A DNA stretch of 64,000 nucleotides from Stellaceae bacterium (GTDB lineage Bacteria; Pseudomonadota; Alphaproteobacteria; ATCC43930; CGMCC-115725). This document shows positions 37,408 through 46,750 of this stretch, in pieces. The stretch covers positions 109,199 to 173,198 of the forward strand of contig DATCDN010000138.1 of assembly GCA_036510675.1 (NCBI GenBank), given 5' to 3'. Position 1 is the first letter of the stretch. Every line of letters starts with the position of its first letter. The notes below the pieces were generated by a model. The model worked only from the letters and a program-made list of their open reading frames with translations. It did no database searches and had not been told where the DNA came from. The position numbers were made by a program, and so were the translations under genes.

Positions 37408-37424
37408 CCGATGGCGGCGCGCGG

Positions 37425-38195
37425 ATGATCGGCGCCGCCGACATCGCGCTGGCTGAACGGCTCGCCGACGCGGCGGGGGAGATCGCCCGGCGCTATTTCC
37501 GCCAGCCGCTCGCCGTCGAGGACAAGGCCGATCGCTCGCCCGTGACGATGGCCGACCGCGAGGCCGAGGCCGCGATGCGTACGCTGATCGAGGCACGGTT
37601 CCCCGATGACGGCATTCTCGGCGAGGAGCATGGCACCGTCCGCGGCGATGCCAGGCGGGTCTGGGTGCTCGACCCGATCGACGGCACCAAGAGCTTCATC
37701 GCCGGCATTCCGCTGTTCGGCATCCTGATCGCGCTGGTGGAGGATGGCGCGCCGGTGCTGGGGATCATCGATCAGCCGGTGCTGCGCGAGCGGTGGGTCG
37801 GCATCGCCGGCCAGCCGACGCGCAAAAACGGCACGCCGGTTCGCACCCGCGCCTGCGCCCAACTGGCGGATGCGTCGCTCTATGCGACCTCGCCGGACAT
37901 GTTCGGCGCCGACCGGCCCGCGTTCGACCGGCTGTCGCGCGCGGTGAAGGCGACGCGCTTCGGCGCCGATTGCTATGCCTATGCCCAGGTGGCGAGCGGT
38001 TTCATCGACCTCGTCGTCGAGGCCGACCTCAAGCCCTATGATTATTGCGCACTGGTGCCGGTGATTGATGGCGCCGGCGGTGCGATAACCGATTGGCAGG
38101 GCAAGCCGCTCGGGCTCCACTCCGACGGTCGCGTGGTCGCGTCGGGAGACTCCCGCCTCGCCGCCCAGGCGCGCGCCGTGCTGAATGGGGGCTGA
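37425..38195 (+). CDS. hisN: histidinol-phosphatase, inositol monophosphatase family (HisN type)
   Basis: 256 aa from the ATG at 37425. IMPase motifs are ILGEE, WVLDPIDGTKSFI and the C-terminal WD motif ITDWQG. Confidence 0.7.
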   Translation: MIGAADIALAERLADAAGEIARRYFRQPLAVEDKADRSPVTMADREAEAAMRTLIEARFPDDGILGEEHGTVRGDARRVWVLDPIDGTKSFIAGIPLFGILIALVEDGAPVLGIIDQPVLRERWVGIAGQPTRKNGTPVRTRACAQLADASLYATSPDMFGADRPAFDRLSRAVKATRFGADCYAYAQVASGFIDLVVEADLKPYDYCALVPVIDGAGGAITDWQGKPLGLHSDGRVVASGDSRLAAQARAVLNGG

Positions 38196-38290
38196 CTGGG
38201 GCTGACCGGCGCCGCGTGACGCCGCCGGCCATTGTCCGGCCCGGCTCGGATCTCTAGAGTGCAAACGATTCGCGTCGCTTCGAGGTGTCC

Positions 38291-40105
38291 ATGCGCTTTG
38301 CCCTCTGCGTGCTGTTCGCCGGCCTGCTCTTCGCCGGCGCCGCCGTCGCCAAGCCCAGCGGCGGCCTCGCGCTCTATGGCGACCAAAAATACCAGCCCGG
38401 CTTCACCCATTTCGATTACGTCAATCCCGACGCGCCCAAGGGCGGCGCCGTCAAATTCAACGCCATCGGCACCTATGACACGTTCAACCCCTTCACCTTG
38501 AAGGGCGTGAAGGCGGAGGGGTTGGGCTATCTCTACGATACGCTGATGGTGGCGTCGGCGGACGAGCCCGATTCGCAATATGGGCTGGTGGCGCAAAGCG
38601 TCGAGGTGGCGCCCGACCGCCTGTCGGTGACCTTCGAGCTGCGGCCCGAGGCGCGCTTTCACGACGGCAGCCCGATCACCCCGGCCGATATTGTGTGGAC
38701 CTTCGACACGTTGAAGGCCAAGGGCGCGCCGCAATATCATCTCTATTACGCCGATGTGCTGAAGGCGGAACCGGTTGGCGCGCGCGGCGTCAAATTCACG
38801 TTCCGCAATGCCGACAACCGCGAATTGCCGCTGATCATCGGCGAGCTGCCGGTCTTGTCGAAAGAATATTGGCAGGGCCGCGATTTCGAGAAGACCTCGC
38901 TCGACCGGCCGCTGGGCAGCGGTCCCTACACCATCGCCGCGTTCGATCCGGGCCGGTCGATTACCTATCGCCGGGTCGCCGATTATTGGGCGAAGGACCT
39001 GCCGGTGATGAAGGGCCGATTCAATTTCGGCACCATCCGCTATGATTATTACCGCGACGCGTCGGTCGCGCTCGAGGCGTTCAAGGCCGGGCAATACGAT
39101 TTGCGCCAGGAGAACGTCGCCAAGAATTGGGCGATCGGCTACACCAGCCCCGCGCTGGCCGCCGGCCTGATCAAGAAGGCGATGATCAAGAACGAGGTGC
39201 CGCAAGGCATGCAGGCCTTCGCCTACAACACGCGCCGGCCGCTGTTCAAGGACCCGCGCGTGCGGGAGGCGCTGGACTACCTGTTCGATTTCGAGTGGGC
39301 CAACAAGAATCTGTTCTATGGCGCCTATGAACGCACCGAGAGTTATTTCTCCAACTCCGACCTGGCGGCGAGCGGCCTGCCCAGCGCGGACGAGCTGAAA
39401 ATTCTCGAGCCGCTGAAAAGCGAAGTGCCGGCCGCGGTCTTCACCAATGTCTATCACGCGCCCAAGACCGACGGCACCGGCAACATCCGCGACAGTCTCA
39501 AGAAAGCGCTGACGCTGCTGCACGGCGCCGGCTGGGACGTGAAGGGCGGCCGCCTCCTCAATGCGCAAGGCCAGCAATTCAGCTTCGAATTTCTCAATGT
39601 CGAGTCCGACTTCGAGCGCATCATCCTGCCCTTCGGCGATAATCTGCGCCGCATCGGTATCGCCATGAATCTGCGCACCGTCGATCCGGCGCAATATCAG
39701 AACCGGCTCAACGACTATGATTACGACATGACGGTGACGGTGATTCCGGAATCGTTGTCGCCGGGCAACGAACAGCGCGGCTATTGGAATTCGGCCGCGG
39801 CCGACGAGCCTGGCGGCAACAATGTCATGGGGGTGAAGAGCAAGGCGATCGACCGGCTGGTCGATGCGATCATCGCCGCGCCCGACCGGCCCAGCCTGCT
39901 GACCCGCGTCCATGCGCTCGACCGCGTGCTGCTGGAAAGCCACTATGTGATTTCCAATTGGCACATCGCGGTGTTCCGCGTCGCCTATTGGGACAAGTTC
40001 GGCCGCCCGAAGACCAGCCCGCCCTATTCGCTGGCGCTCGATAGCTGGTGGGTCGATCCGGCGCTGGACAAGGCGCTGACGGCGAACAAGGCCAAGCTGC
40101 GGTAG
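38291..40105 (+). CDS. yejA: peptide/microcin C-type ABC transporter substrate-binding protein (family 5)
   Basis: About 604 aa with a signal peptide ([12 protein letters not shown]). Its length and sequence are YejA-like, and it heads a yejA-B-E-F gene order. A GTG at 38285 is also possible. Confidence 0.85.
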   Translation: MRFALCVLFAGLLFAGAAVAKPSGGLALYGDQKYQPGFTHFDYVNPDAPKGGAVKFNAIGTYDTFNPFTLKGVKAEGLGYLYDTLMVASADEPDSQYGLVAQSVEVAPDRLSVTFELRPEARFHDGSPITPADIVWTFDTLKAKGAPQYHLYYADVLKAEPVGARGVKFTFRNADNRELPLIIGELPVLSKEYWQGRDFEKTSLDRPLGSGPYTIAAFDPGRSITYRRVADYWAKDLPVMKGRFNFGTIRYDYYRDASVALEAFKAGQYDLRQENVAKNWAIGYTSPALAAGLIKKAMIKNEVPQGMQAFAYNTRRPLFKDPRVREALDYLFDFEWANKNLFYGAYERTESYFSNSDLAASGLPSADELKILEPLKSEVPAAVFTNVYHAPKTDGTGNIRDSLKKALTLLHGAGWDVKGGRLLNAQGQQFSFEFLNVESDFERIILPFGDNLRRIGIAMNLRTVDPAQYQNRLNDYDYDMTVTVIPESLSPGNEQRGYWNSAAADEPGGNNVMGVKSKAIDRLVDAIIAAPDRPSLLTRVHALDRVLLESHYVISNWHIAVFRVAYWDKFGRPKTSPPYSLALDSWWVDPALDKALTANKAKLR

Positions 40106-40119
40106 CTGGCGGCGCCGCG

Positions 40120-41196
40120 ATGCTCGCCTACGCCATTCGCCGCATCCTGCTGATGATCCCGACCCTGTTCGCGATCATCGTCGTCAATTTCTTCATCATT
40201 CAAGCGGCACCGGGCGGGCCGGTCGATCAGATGATCGCGCAGCTCAAAGGGCGCGGCAACGTCACCGGGCGCGTCACCAGCGCCGGCGGCGAGCTCGCGC
40301 CCAATGCCTCGGCGCAAAGCCGCGCGTCGCGCGGCATCGACCCGGCACTGCTGGCGCGGCTCAACAAGCTCTATGGCTTCGACAAGCCGCCGCTCGAACG
40401 CTTCTGGATCATGATCAGGCACTATGTGACGTTCGATTTCGGCACCAGCTTCTACAGCGACCGGCGCGTGATCACCCTGCTCGTCGATAAATTGCCGGTG
40501 TCGCTGTCGCTGGGCCTGTGGACGACGCTGCTGGTCTATCTCATCTCGATCCCGCTCGGCATCGCCAAGGCGGTGCGCGATGGCTCGGCGTTCGATGTCT
40601 GGACCAGCGCCGTGGTCATCGTCGGCTATGCGATTCCGGGCTTCCTGTTCGCGATCCTGCTGGTGGTGCTGTTCGCCGGCGGCAGCTATTTCCAATGGTT
40701 CCCACTGCGCGGCCTCGTCTCCGACGATTGGTCGGAGCTCGATCTGTTTCATCAGATACTCGATTATTTCTGGCACATCGCCTTGCCGGTCACGGCGCTG
40801 GTGATCGGCGGCTTCGCCAGCCTGACCATGCTGACCAAGAATTCCTTCCTCGAGGAAATCAACAAGCAATATGTCGTGACCGCGCGCGCCAAGGGGTTGA
40901 GCGAGCGGCGCGTGCTCTATGGCCATGTCTTCCGCAATGCGATGCTGCTGGTGATCGCGGGCTTTCCCGCCGCGTTCGTCGGCATCCTCTTTACCGGCGC
41001 CCTGCTGGTCGAGGTGATCTTCTCGCTCGACGGGCTGGGCCTGCTGGGCTTTCAGGCCGCGCTGGGCCGCGACTACCCGGTCATGTTCGGCACGCTCTAC
41101 ATCTATACGCTGGTCGGGCTGGTGATGAAGCTGATCAGCGATCTGACCTACATGCTGGTCGATCCGCGCATCGATTTCGCGACCCGCAACACATGA
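40120..41196 (+). CDS. yejB: ABC transporter permease YejB
   Basis: 358 aa. [27 protein letters not shown] is the DppB/OppB-type N-terminus. Confidence 0.85.
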   Translation: MLAYAIRRILLMIPTLFAIIVVNFFIIQAAPGGPVDQMIAQLKGRGNVTGRVTSAGGELAPNASAQSRASRGIDPALLARLNKLYGFDKPPLERFWIMIRHYVTFDFGTSFYSDRRVITLLVDKLPVSLSLGLWTTLLVYLISIPLGIAKAVRDGSAFDVWTSAVVIVGYAIPGFLFAILLVVLFAGGSYFQWFPLRGLVSDDWSELDLFHQILDYFWHIALPVTALVIGGFASLTMLTKNSFLEEINKQYVVTARAKGLSERRVLYGHVFRNAMLLVIAGFPAAFVGILFTGALLVEVIFSLDGLGLLGFQAALGRDYPVMFGTLYIYTLVGLVMKLISDLTYMLVDPRIDFATRNT

Positions 41197-42224
41197 TGGG
41201 GCGGCCGCTTACGCCGCTGATGCGGCGGCGCCTCGCCAATTTCCGCGCCAACAGCCGCGGCTATTGGTCGATGTGGTTTTTCCTGGTGCTGTTCGTCGCC
41301 AGCCTGTTCGCCGAATTCATCGCCAACGACCGGCCGCTGATCGTGTCCTATGACGGGCATTTCATGTTCCCGATCATTCGCGATTACACCGAGACCGAGC
41401 TGGGCGGCGACCTGCCGATCGACGCCGATTTTCGCGATCCCGAAGTGGCGGCGCGCATCGAGGCGAAGGGCTGGATGCTGTGGCCGCTGATCCCGTTCGA
41501 TTATCGCGCCATCAATTTCCACCTGCCTTCGCCCGCGCCGTCGCCGCCCAGCGCCGTCAACTGGCTGGGGACCGACGATCAGGGCCGCGATGTGTTCGCG
41601 CGCCTCATCTATGGCTTCCGCATTTCGGTGCTGTTCGGCCTGGTGCTGACGGTGCTGAGCTCGATCATCGGAGTCGCGGCCGGCGCAATCCAGGGCTATT
41701 ACGGCGGCCTGACCGACCTCGCGGCACAGCGGTTCCTCGAAATCTGGTCGGGCCTGCCGGTGCTCTATCTGCTGATCATCCTCTCCAGCATCATCCAGCC
41801 AAATTTCTGGTGGCTCCTGGGCATTATGCTGCTGTTCTCGTGGATGTCGCTGGTCGATCTGGTGCGCGCCGAATTTCTGCGCGCGCGCAATTTCGACTAT
41901 GTCCGCGCCGCCAAGGCGCTCGGCGTGTCGAACCCGGTGATCATCTGGCGCCATGTTTTGCCCAACGCGATGGTGGCGACGCTGACCTTCCTGCCGTTCA
42001 TCCTCAATGGCTCGATCACGACGCTGACCTCGCTCGATTTCCTTGGCTTCGGCTTGCCGCCCGGCTCGCCGTCGCTGGGCGAATTGCTGTCCGAGGGCAA
42101 GAGCAACCTGCAAGCGCCATGGCTGGGCCTGACCGCGTTCTTCACGCTCGGCCTGATGCTGAGCCTCTTGATCTTCATCGGCGAAGCGGTGCGCGACGCC
42201 TTCGATCCGCGGAAGATGGGATAG
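41193..42224 (+). CDS. yejE: ABC transporter permease YejE
   Basis: 343 aa. The start overlaps the yejB stop (ATGA). It is a DppC/OppC-type permease with [17 protein letters not shown]. Confidence 0.85.
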   Translation: MMGRPLTPLMRRRLANFRANSRGYWSMWFFLVLFVASLFAEFIANDRPLIVSYDGHFMFPIIRDYTETELGGDLPIDADFRDPEVAARIEAKGWMLWPLIPFDYRAINFHLPSPAPSPPSAVNWLGTDDQGRDVFARLIYGFRISVLFGLVLTVLSSIIGVAAGAIQGYYGGLTDLAAQRFLEIWSGLPVLYLLIILSSIIQPNFWWLLGIMLLFSWMSLVDLVRAEFLRARNFDYVRAAKALGVSNPVIIWRHVLPNAMVATLTFLPFILNGSITTLTSLDFLGFGLPPGSPSLGELLSEGKSNLQAPWLGLTAFFTLGLMLSLLIFIGEAVRDAFDPRKMG

Positions 42225-42233
42225 GGTAATTGT

Positions 42234-42261
42234 CAGTCTTCAGTTGTCAGTTTTCAGTCAG
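42234..42261. repeat. left heptamer arm of the four-helix-bundle cassette (CAGTCTT CAGTTGT CAGTTTT CAGTCAG)
   Basis: Read directly. The last unit overlaps the AGGAG SD (42260-42264) of the downstream ORF. Confidence 0.9.
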
Positions 42262-42266
42262 GAGAA

Positions 42267-42626
42267 ATGCAGAATTTCCGCGACCTCAAGGTTTGGAGCA
42301 AGGCTCATGCGGTTGTGATTGCCGTGTACGCCGCGACCGAGCCGTTTCCAGCGGCGGAGCGTTTTGGCCTCACAAGCCAGATGCGTCGGGCCGCTTCCTC
42401 GATTCCGGCGAATATCGCCGAGGGATGCGGCCGTTCGAGCAATGCCGATTTGGCGCGCTTTCTCCATATCGCATTGGGATCGGCAAGCGAGCTCGACTAC
42501 TTTTTACTGCTCGCCCGCGATCTGAAATTCTTAAAGCCTCCAATTCACGACGATCTCCGCGCCAATGTTCAAGAGGTCAAACGAATGCTCGGCGGCCTGA
42601 TCGGTCGCGTCAGAACTGATGACTGA
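42267..42626 (+). CDS. four-helix-bundle protein (23S rRNA intervening-sequence protein / DGR Avd fold family)
   Basis: 119 aa. FRDLKVWSKAH, ERFGLTSQMRRAASSIPANIAEGCGR and FLHIALGSASELDYFLLLA match the TIGR02436/PF05635 pattern as I remember it. Confidence 0.85.
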   Translation: MQNFRDLKVWSKAHAVVIAVYAATEPFPAAERFGLTSQMRRAASSIPANIAEGCGRSSNADLARFLHIALGSASELDYFLLLARDLKFLKPPIHDDLRANVQEVKRMLGGLIGRVRTDD

Positions 42627-42646
42627 AAACTGATGACTGAAAACTT
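42612..42646. repeat. right heptamer arm of the cassette (AGAACTG ATGACTG AAAACTG ATGACTG AAAACTT)
   Basis: Read directly. It contains the ORF stop (42624-42626) and the yejF ATG (42633-42635). It includes a perfect 14-nt tandem duplication (42618-42631 = 42632-42645). Confidence 0.9.
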
Positions 42647-44243
42647 ATTGTCCGTCTCCCACCTCTCGGTCGCGTTCCGATCCGGTGACTCGATTGTCGC
42701 CGCCGTAAAGGACGTCTCGTTCGACATCGCCAAGGGCGAGACGGTCGCGCTGGTCGGCGAATCCGGGTCGGGGAAATCCGTGACGGCGCTATCGATTCTG
42801 CAACTCCTGCCCTATCCCGCCGCCAGCCACGGGCCGGGCAGCAGCATCAAGTTCGAGGGGCGCGAGCTGGTCGGCGCGCCCGCCAAGACACTGCGCGCGG
42901 TGCGCGGCAACCGCGTCGCGATGGTGTTTCAGGAGCCGATGACCTCGCTGAACCCACTGCACACCATCCGCAAGCAGATCACCGAGACCCTGTTCCTGCA
43001 CAAGCATCTGGGCCGCGCCGCGGCGACGGCGCGCGCCATCGAATTGCTGAAGCTGGTCGGGTTGAGCGAGGCGGAAAAGCGGCTCGACGCCTATCCCCAT
43101 CAATTGTCGGGCGGGCAGCGCCAGCGCGTGATGATCGCGATGGCGCTCGCCAACGAGCCGGCTCTGTTCATCGCCGACGAGCCGACCACCGCGCTCGACG
43201 TCACCATCCAGGCGCAACTCCTGAAATTGCTCAAGGAATTGCAGGCGCGCTTCGGCATGGCGATGCTGATGATCACCCACGATCTGACCATCGTGCGCAA
43301 GGTGGCGGACCGGGTGATGGTGATGACGCAAGGCGAGATCGTCGAGCGCGGCACCGTCGCCGAGATCTTCGCCCGGCCCCAGCATCCCTATACCAAGCGG
43401 CTGCTCGCCGCCGAGCCCAAGGGCGAGCCGGTGTCGATCGAACCGCCGCCGCCGGTGGTGCTGGAGACCAAGAATCTGCGGGTGTGGTTCCCGATCCGCG
43501 CCGGCCTGTTCCGCCGTACCGTCGGCTACATCAAGGCGGTGGACGGCGTCGATGCGGTGGTGCGGCAGGGCGAGACGCTGGGCATTGTCGGCGAGTCCGG
43601 GTCCGGCAAGACGACGCTGGCGCTGGCGCTGTTGCGGCTCACCCGGAGCGAGGGCGATATCATCTATGCCGGCCGGCCGATCGATGGCATTTCGGAGCGC
43701 GCGATGCGCCCCTTACGCCGCGAATTGCAGATTGTGTTCCAGGACCCGTTCGCCAGCCTGTCGCCGCGCCTCTCGATCGCGCAGATCGTCGAGGAAGGGC
43801 TGACGGTGCATCGCATCGGCGCCAATCGCGACGAACGCCGCGTGCTGATTCGCGACGTGCTGCAAGAGGTCGGGCTCGATCCCGCGGCCGCCGACCGCTA
43901 TCCGCATGAATTTTCCGGCGGCCAGCGCCAGCGCGTCGCCATCGCCCGCGCCCTGGTGCTGAAGCCGCGCCTCGTCATGCTGGACGAGCCGACCTCGGCG
44001 CTCGATGTCTCGATCCAGGCGCAGATCGTCGATCTGTTGCGCGATCTTCAGCGGCGGCATGGCCTCGCCTATCTCTTCATCAGCCACGATCTGCGCGTGG
44101 TGCGCGCGCTGGCGCACGATCTGATCGTGATGAAGGACGGCAAGGTGGTCGAGGCCGGGCCGGCGAAGGAGATTTTCGCGGCGCCGAAAGAACCTTACAC
44201 CCGCGCGCTCATGGCCGCCGCTTTCGACCTTGCCGTGGCTTAG
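42633..44243 (+). CDS. yejF: ABC transporter ATP-binding protein YejF (fused double ATPase)
   Basis: 536 aa. There are two Walker A motifs ([18 protein letters not shown]), two signatures ([16 protein letters not shown]) and two Walker B motifs. The N-terminus [15 protein letters not shown] parallels E. coli YejF MTQTLLAIENLSVGF. Confidence 0.9.
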   Translation: MTENLLSVSHLSVAFRSGDSIVAAVKDVSFDIAKGETVALVGESGSGKSVTALSILQLLPYPAASHGPGSSIKFEGRELVGAPAKTLRAVRGNRVAMVFQEPMTSLNPLHTIRKQITETLFLHKHLGRAAATARAIELLKLVGLSEAEKRLDAYPHQLSGGQRQRVMIAMALANEPALFIADEPTTALDVTIQAQLLKLLKELQARFGMAMLMITHDLTIVRKVADRVMVMTQGEIVERGTVAEIFARPQHPYTKRLLAAEPKGEPVSIEPPPPVVLETKNLRVWFPIRAGLFRRTVGYIKAVDGVDAVVRQGETLGIVGESGSGKTTLALALLRLTRSEGDIIYAGRPIDGISERAMRPLRRELQIVFQDPFASLSPRLSIAQIVEEGLTVHRIGANRDERRVLIRDVLQEVGLDPAAADRYPHEFSGGQRQRVAIARALVLKPRLVMLDEPTSALDVSIQAQIVDLLRDLQRRHGLAYLFISHDLRVVRALAHDLIVMKDGKVVEAGPAKEIFAAPKEPYTRALMAAAFDLAVA

Positions 44244-44577
44244 GCGCGCGCTCGCGCCGCCGCCAGCCGCGCGCGACATGGGCCTTCAGCACCAGCTCGC
44301 GGCCGTAGAATCCCAGCCATAATTGCAGGGCGAAGAACACCGCCGCCATCGCCGCCTGCCCACCCAGGCTCCAATTGCGCGGCAGCAGCCAGACCAGCCC
44401 CAGATCGACCACCCACAGCGCCACGAAAATCGCGCCCCAGCGCGGCAGGCGCTGAACGAACAGCGGAATCCCAAGCACGCCCGAGAACAGGAACAGAATC
44501 CAGTCGAACCCGTCGCGGAACGGCTTCACCGCGCCGGTCTTCGGGTTCTCCAGCAGCAGCTCGCGGACCTGGCTCAC
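44209..44577 (-). CDS. small membrane protein (DUF2628-like)
   Basis: 122 aa with two or three TM helices and a basic C-terminus. Its 3' end overlaps yejF by 35 nt, tail to tail. Confidence 0.45.
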   Translation of the reverse strand: MSQVRELLLENPKTGAVKPFRDGFDWILFLFSGVLGIPLFVQRLPRWGAIFVALWVVDLGLVWLLPRNWSLGGQAAMAAVFFALQLWLGFYGRELVLKAHVARGWRRRERAPKPRQGRKRRP

Positions 44578-44595
44578 GGTTGGCTCATCGACGAG

Positions 44596-45969
44596 TCACT
44601 GGCCGAACCGCTCCGCGATCAGGGCATAGGCGGCGCGCAGGGCCAGCGCTTCGCCGCCCTCCGGCCGGCCGGGGCGCGATTTCTGGTTCCACGCGAAGGT
44701 ATCGACATGCGCCCAGCGCGTGCCGGGCGAGACGAATTCCTGGAGGTACAGCGCCGCCTGGATCGCGCCGGCGAAACCCGATTCCGAGACATTGTTGAGA
44801 TCGGCGATCGGGCTTTTATACATGTCGCGATAGCCGGCCCACAGCGGCAGGCGCCATAAGGGATCGGCCTGCCCAGTGCCGGCGCGCAGGAAATCGGCGG
44901 CAAGGCTATCGTCATTGGCGAACAGCGCCGGCAGGTCGGGCCCCAGCGCCACCCGCGCCGCACCGGTCAGCGTGGCAAAATCCAGCAGCAGCGCCGGGTT
45001 CTCGCCATCCGCCTCGGCCAGCGCGTCGCACAGGATCAGCCGGCCCTCGGCATCGGTATTGCCGATCTCGACGGTCAGGCCCTTGCGCGTCTTGACGATG
45101 TCGAGCGGCCGCATCGCATCGGCGGAGACGGAATTCTCCACCGCCGGGATCAGCACCCGCAGCCGCACCGGCAGGCCAGCCGCCATGATCGCGTGCGCCA
45201 GGCCCAGCATGGTCGCGGCGCCGCCCATGTCTTTCTTCATCAGCCGCATGCCGCCACCGGGCTTGAGATCGAGCCCGCCCGTGTCGAAACACACGCCTTT
45301 CCCGACCAGCGTCACTTTCGGCGCGCCCGGATCGCCCCAAGTCAGATCGACGAGGCGCGGCGCCCGCGCCGCCGTGCTGGCCCGCCCGACCATGTGGATG
45401 GTCGGGTAATTCTGCTCCAGCAGCGCGGCGCCGACGATCAGCCGGCAATCGGCGCCGTGGCGGCCTGCCAGCGTTTCGGCGGCGGCGGCAAGCTCGGCCG
45501 GCCCCATATCCTCGGCCGGGGTGTTGATGAGATCACGCGCCAGGAAGATCCCCTCGGCCAGGCGCTCCACCAGGCCACGATCCGCCGCGCCCGGCCAGAC
45601 CAGCTTGGCCCAGCCCTTCTTGCGCGCCTTATAGCGGGTGAAGCGATAGCCGCCGAGCGCCCAGCCCAGCGCCAGCGCGGTCGCGGCGTCGGGCGCGACA
45701 TCGAGCGCGTAGCCGCGCTCCGGCAAGGTGTCGGGCAGGCTCGCCAGCGCCCACAGCGGCTCCGCCGGGCGCCACCCCACCAGCACCCGCGTCAGCCCGC
45801 CTTCGGCATCGGGCAGCAGGGCGACCTGGCCCGGCTCGGCCGTGAAGCCGGTGGTTTCGGTCCAGCGCCGCGCCGGGGCATCGAGCCCGCCGAGACAGGC
45901 CGGAAGTTCGCCGGCGGCGACCGGGGTTACCGGAACCGCGCCGGCCGCATCGCTGATAAAGGGCAACAA
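44596..45969 (-). CDS. M17 family leucyl aminopeptidase-like protein
   Basis: 457 aa. M17 catalytic motifs are VGKGVCFDTGGLDLKP and NTDAEGRLILCDAL. Confidence 0.85.
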   Translation of the reverse strand: MLPFISDAAGAVPVTPVAAGELPACLGGLDAPARRWTETTGFTAEPGQVALLPDAEGGLTRVLVGWRPAEPLWALASLPDTLPERGYALDVAPDAATALALGWALGGYRFTRYKARKKGWAKLVWPGAADRGLVERLAEGIFLARDLINTPAEDMGPAELAAAAETLAGRHGADCRLIVGAALLEQNYPTIHMVGRASTAARAPRLVDLTWGDPGAPKVTLVGKGVCFDTGGLDLKPGGGMRLMKKDMGGAATMLGLAHAIMAAGLPVRLRVLIPAVENSVSADAMRPLDIVKTRKGLTVEIGNTDAEGRLILCDALAEADGENPALLLDFATLTGAARVALGPDLPALFANDDSLAADFLRAGTGQADPLWRLPLWAGYRDMYKSPIADLNNVSESGFAGAIQAALYLQEFVSPGTRWAHVDTFAWNQKSRPGRPEGGEALALRAAYALIAERFGQ

Positions 45970-46043
45970 GGGCTTCTCCCCATCCTATTCTTCTGATATT
46001 GCGCCGCCGCGCGGCAATCGCCACAGTGGCGCCAGGATAACCG

Positions 46044-46715
46044 ATGCCGGACTTCATCATCTATATCGGGAATAGAGTCTATTCCTCCTGGTCGCTGCGC
46101 GGCTGGCTGCCGCTGAAGCAGCTCGGCGTGCCGTTCGAGGAAGTGATGATCCCGCTCTATGACGAGGGCAGCAAGGACGCGATCCTGCGGCAATCGCCCT
46201 CCGGCAAGGTGCCGGCCCTGCACCATAAGGGGCGCATGGTATGGGAATCCCTGGCCATCGGCGAGTATCTGGCCGAGGAATTTCCCGCGGCCCGGCTCTG
46301 GCCCGAGGAGGCCGGCGCGCGGGCGCTGGCGCGCGCGGTGAGCGCCGAGATGCATGCCGGCTTCGCCAATCTGCGGGTCGAGCTGTCGATGAATTTGCGC
46401 CGCATCATTCCCGGCCGCCGCTTCTCGCCCGATGCGCTGGCGCAGATCGCGCGCGTGCAGGCCATCTGGCGCGACTGTCGCGCGCGCCACGGCGCCGGCG
46501 GGCCGTTCCTGTTCGGTCACTTCACCATCGCCGATGCGATGTACGCGCCGGTGGTGACGCGGTTCCGCACCTACGGGATCGAACTCGATCCGATGTGCGA
46601 GACCTATGCCGAGGCGATCTGGGAATTGCCGGCGATGATCGCCTGGTGCGAGGCGGCGGCCAAGGAAACCATCGTGATCGACAAATTCGAATACGAGCCG
46701 GGCGGCTCGATATGA
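46044..46715 (+). CDS. glutathione S-transferase family protein
   Basis: 223 aa. It has a thioredoxin-like N-domain (SSWSLRGW..GKVPAL..ESLAIGEYL) and a helical C-domain. Confidence 0.8.
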   Translation: MPDFIIYIGNRVYSSWSLRGWLPLKQLGVPFEEVMIPLYDEGSKDAILRQSPSGKVPALHHKGRMVWESLAIGEYLAEEFPAARLWPEEAGARALARAVSAEMHAGFANLRVELSMNLRRIIPGRRFSPDALAQIARVQAIWRDCRARHGAGGPFLFGHFTIADAMYAPVVTRFRTYGIELDPMCETYAEAIWELPAMIAWCEAAAKETIVIDKFEYEPGGSI

Positions 46716-46750
46716 GGACGCACTCTATTTATCCCAGCGTGGAGGCTGAC

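Noticed and set aside
42267-42626. The four-helix-bundle ORF as the Avd component of a diversity-generating retroelement.
   Set aside because: No reverse transcriptase ORF, no template/variable repeat pair and no target gene with a C-type-lectin-like end are visible within the window. The context (hairpin arms, operon interior) fits the IVS-type members of the family better.
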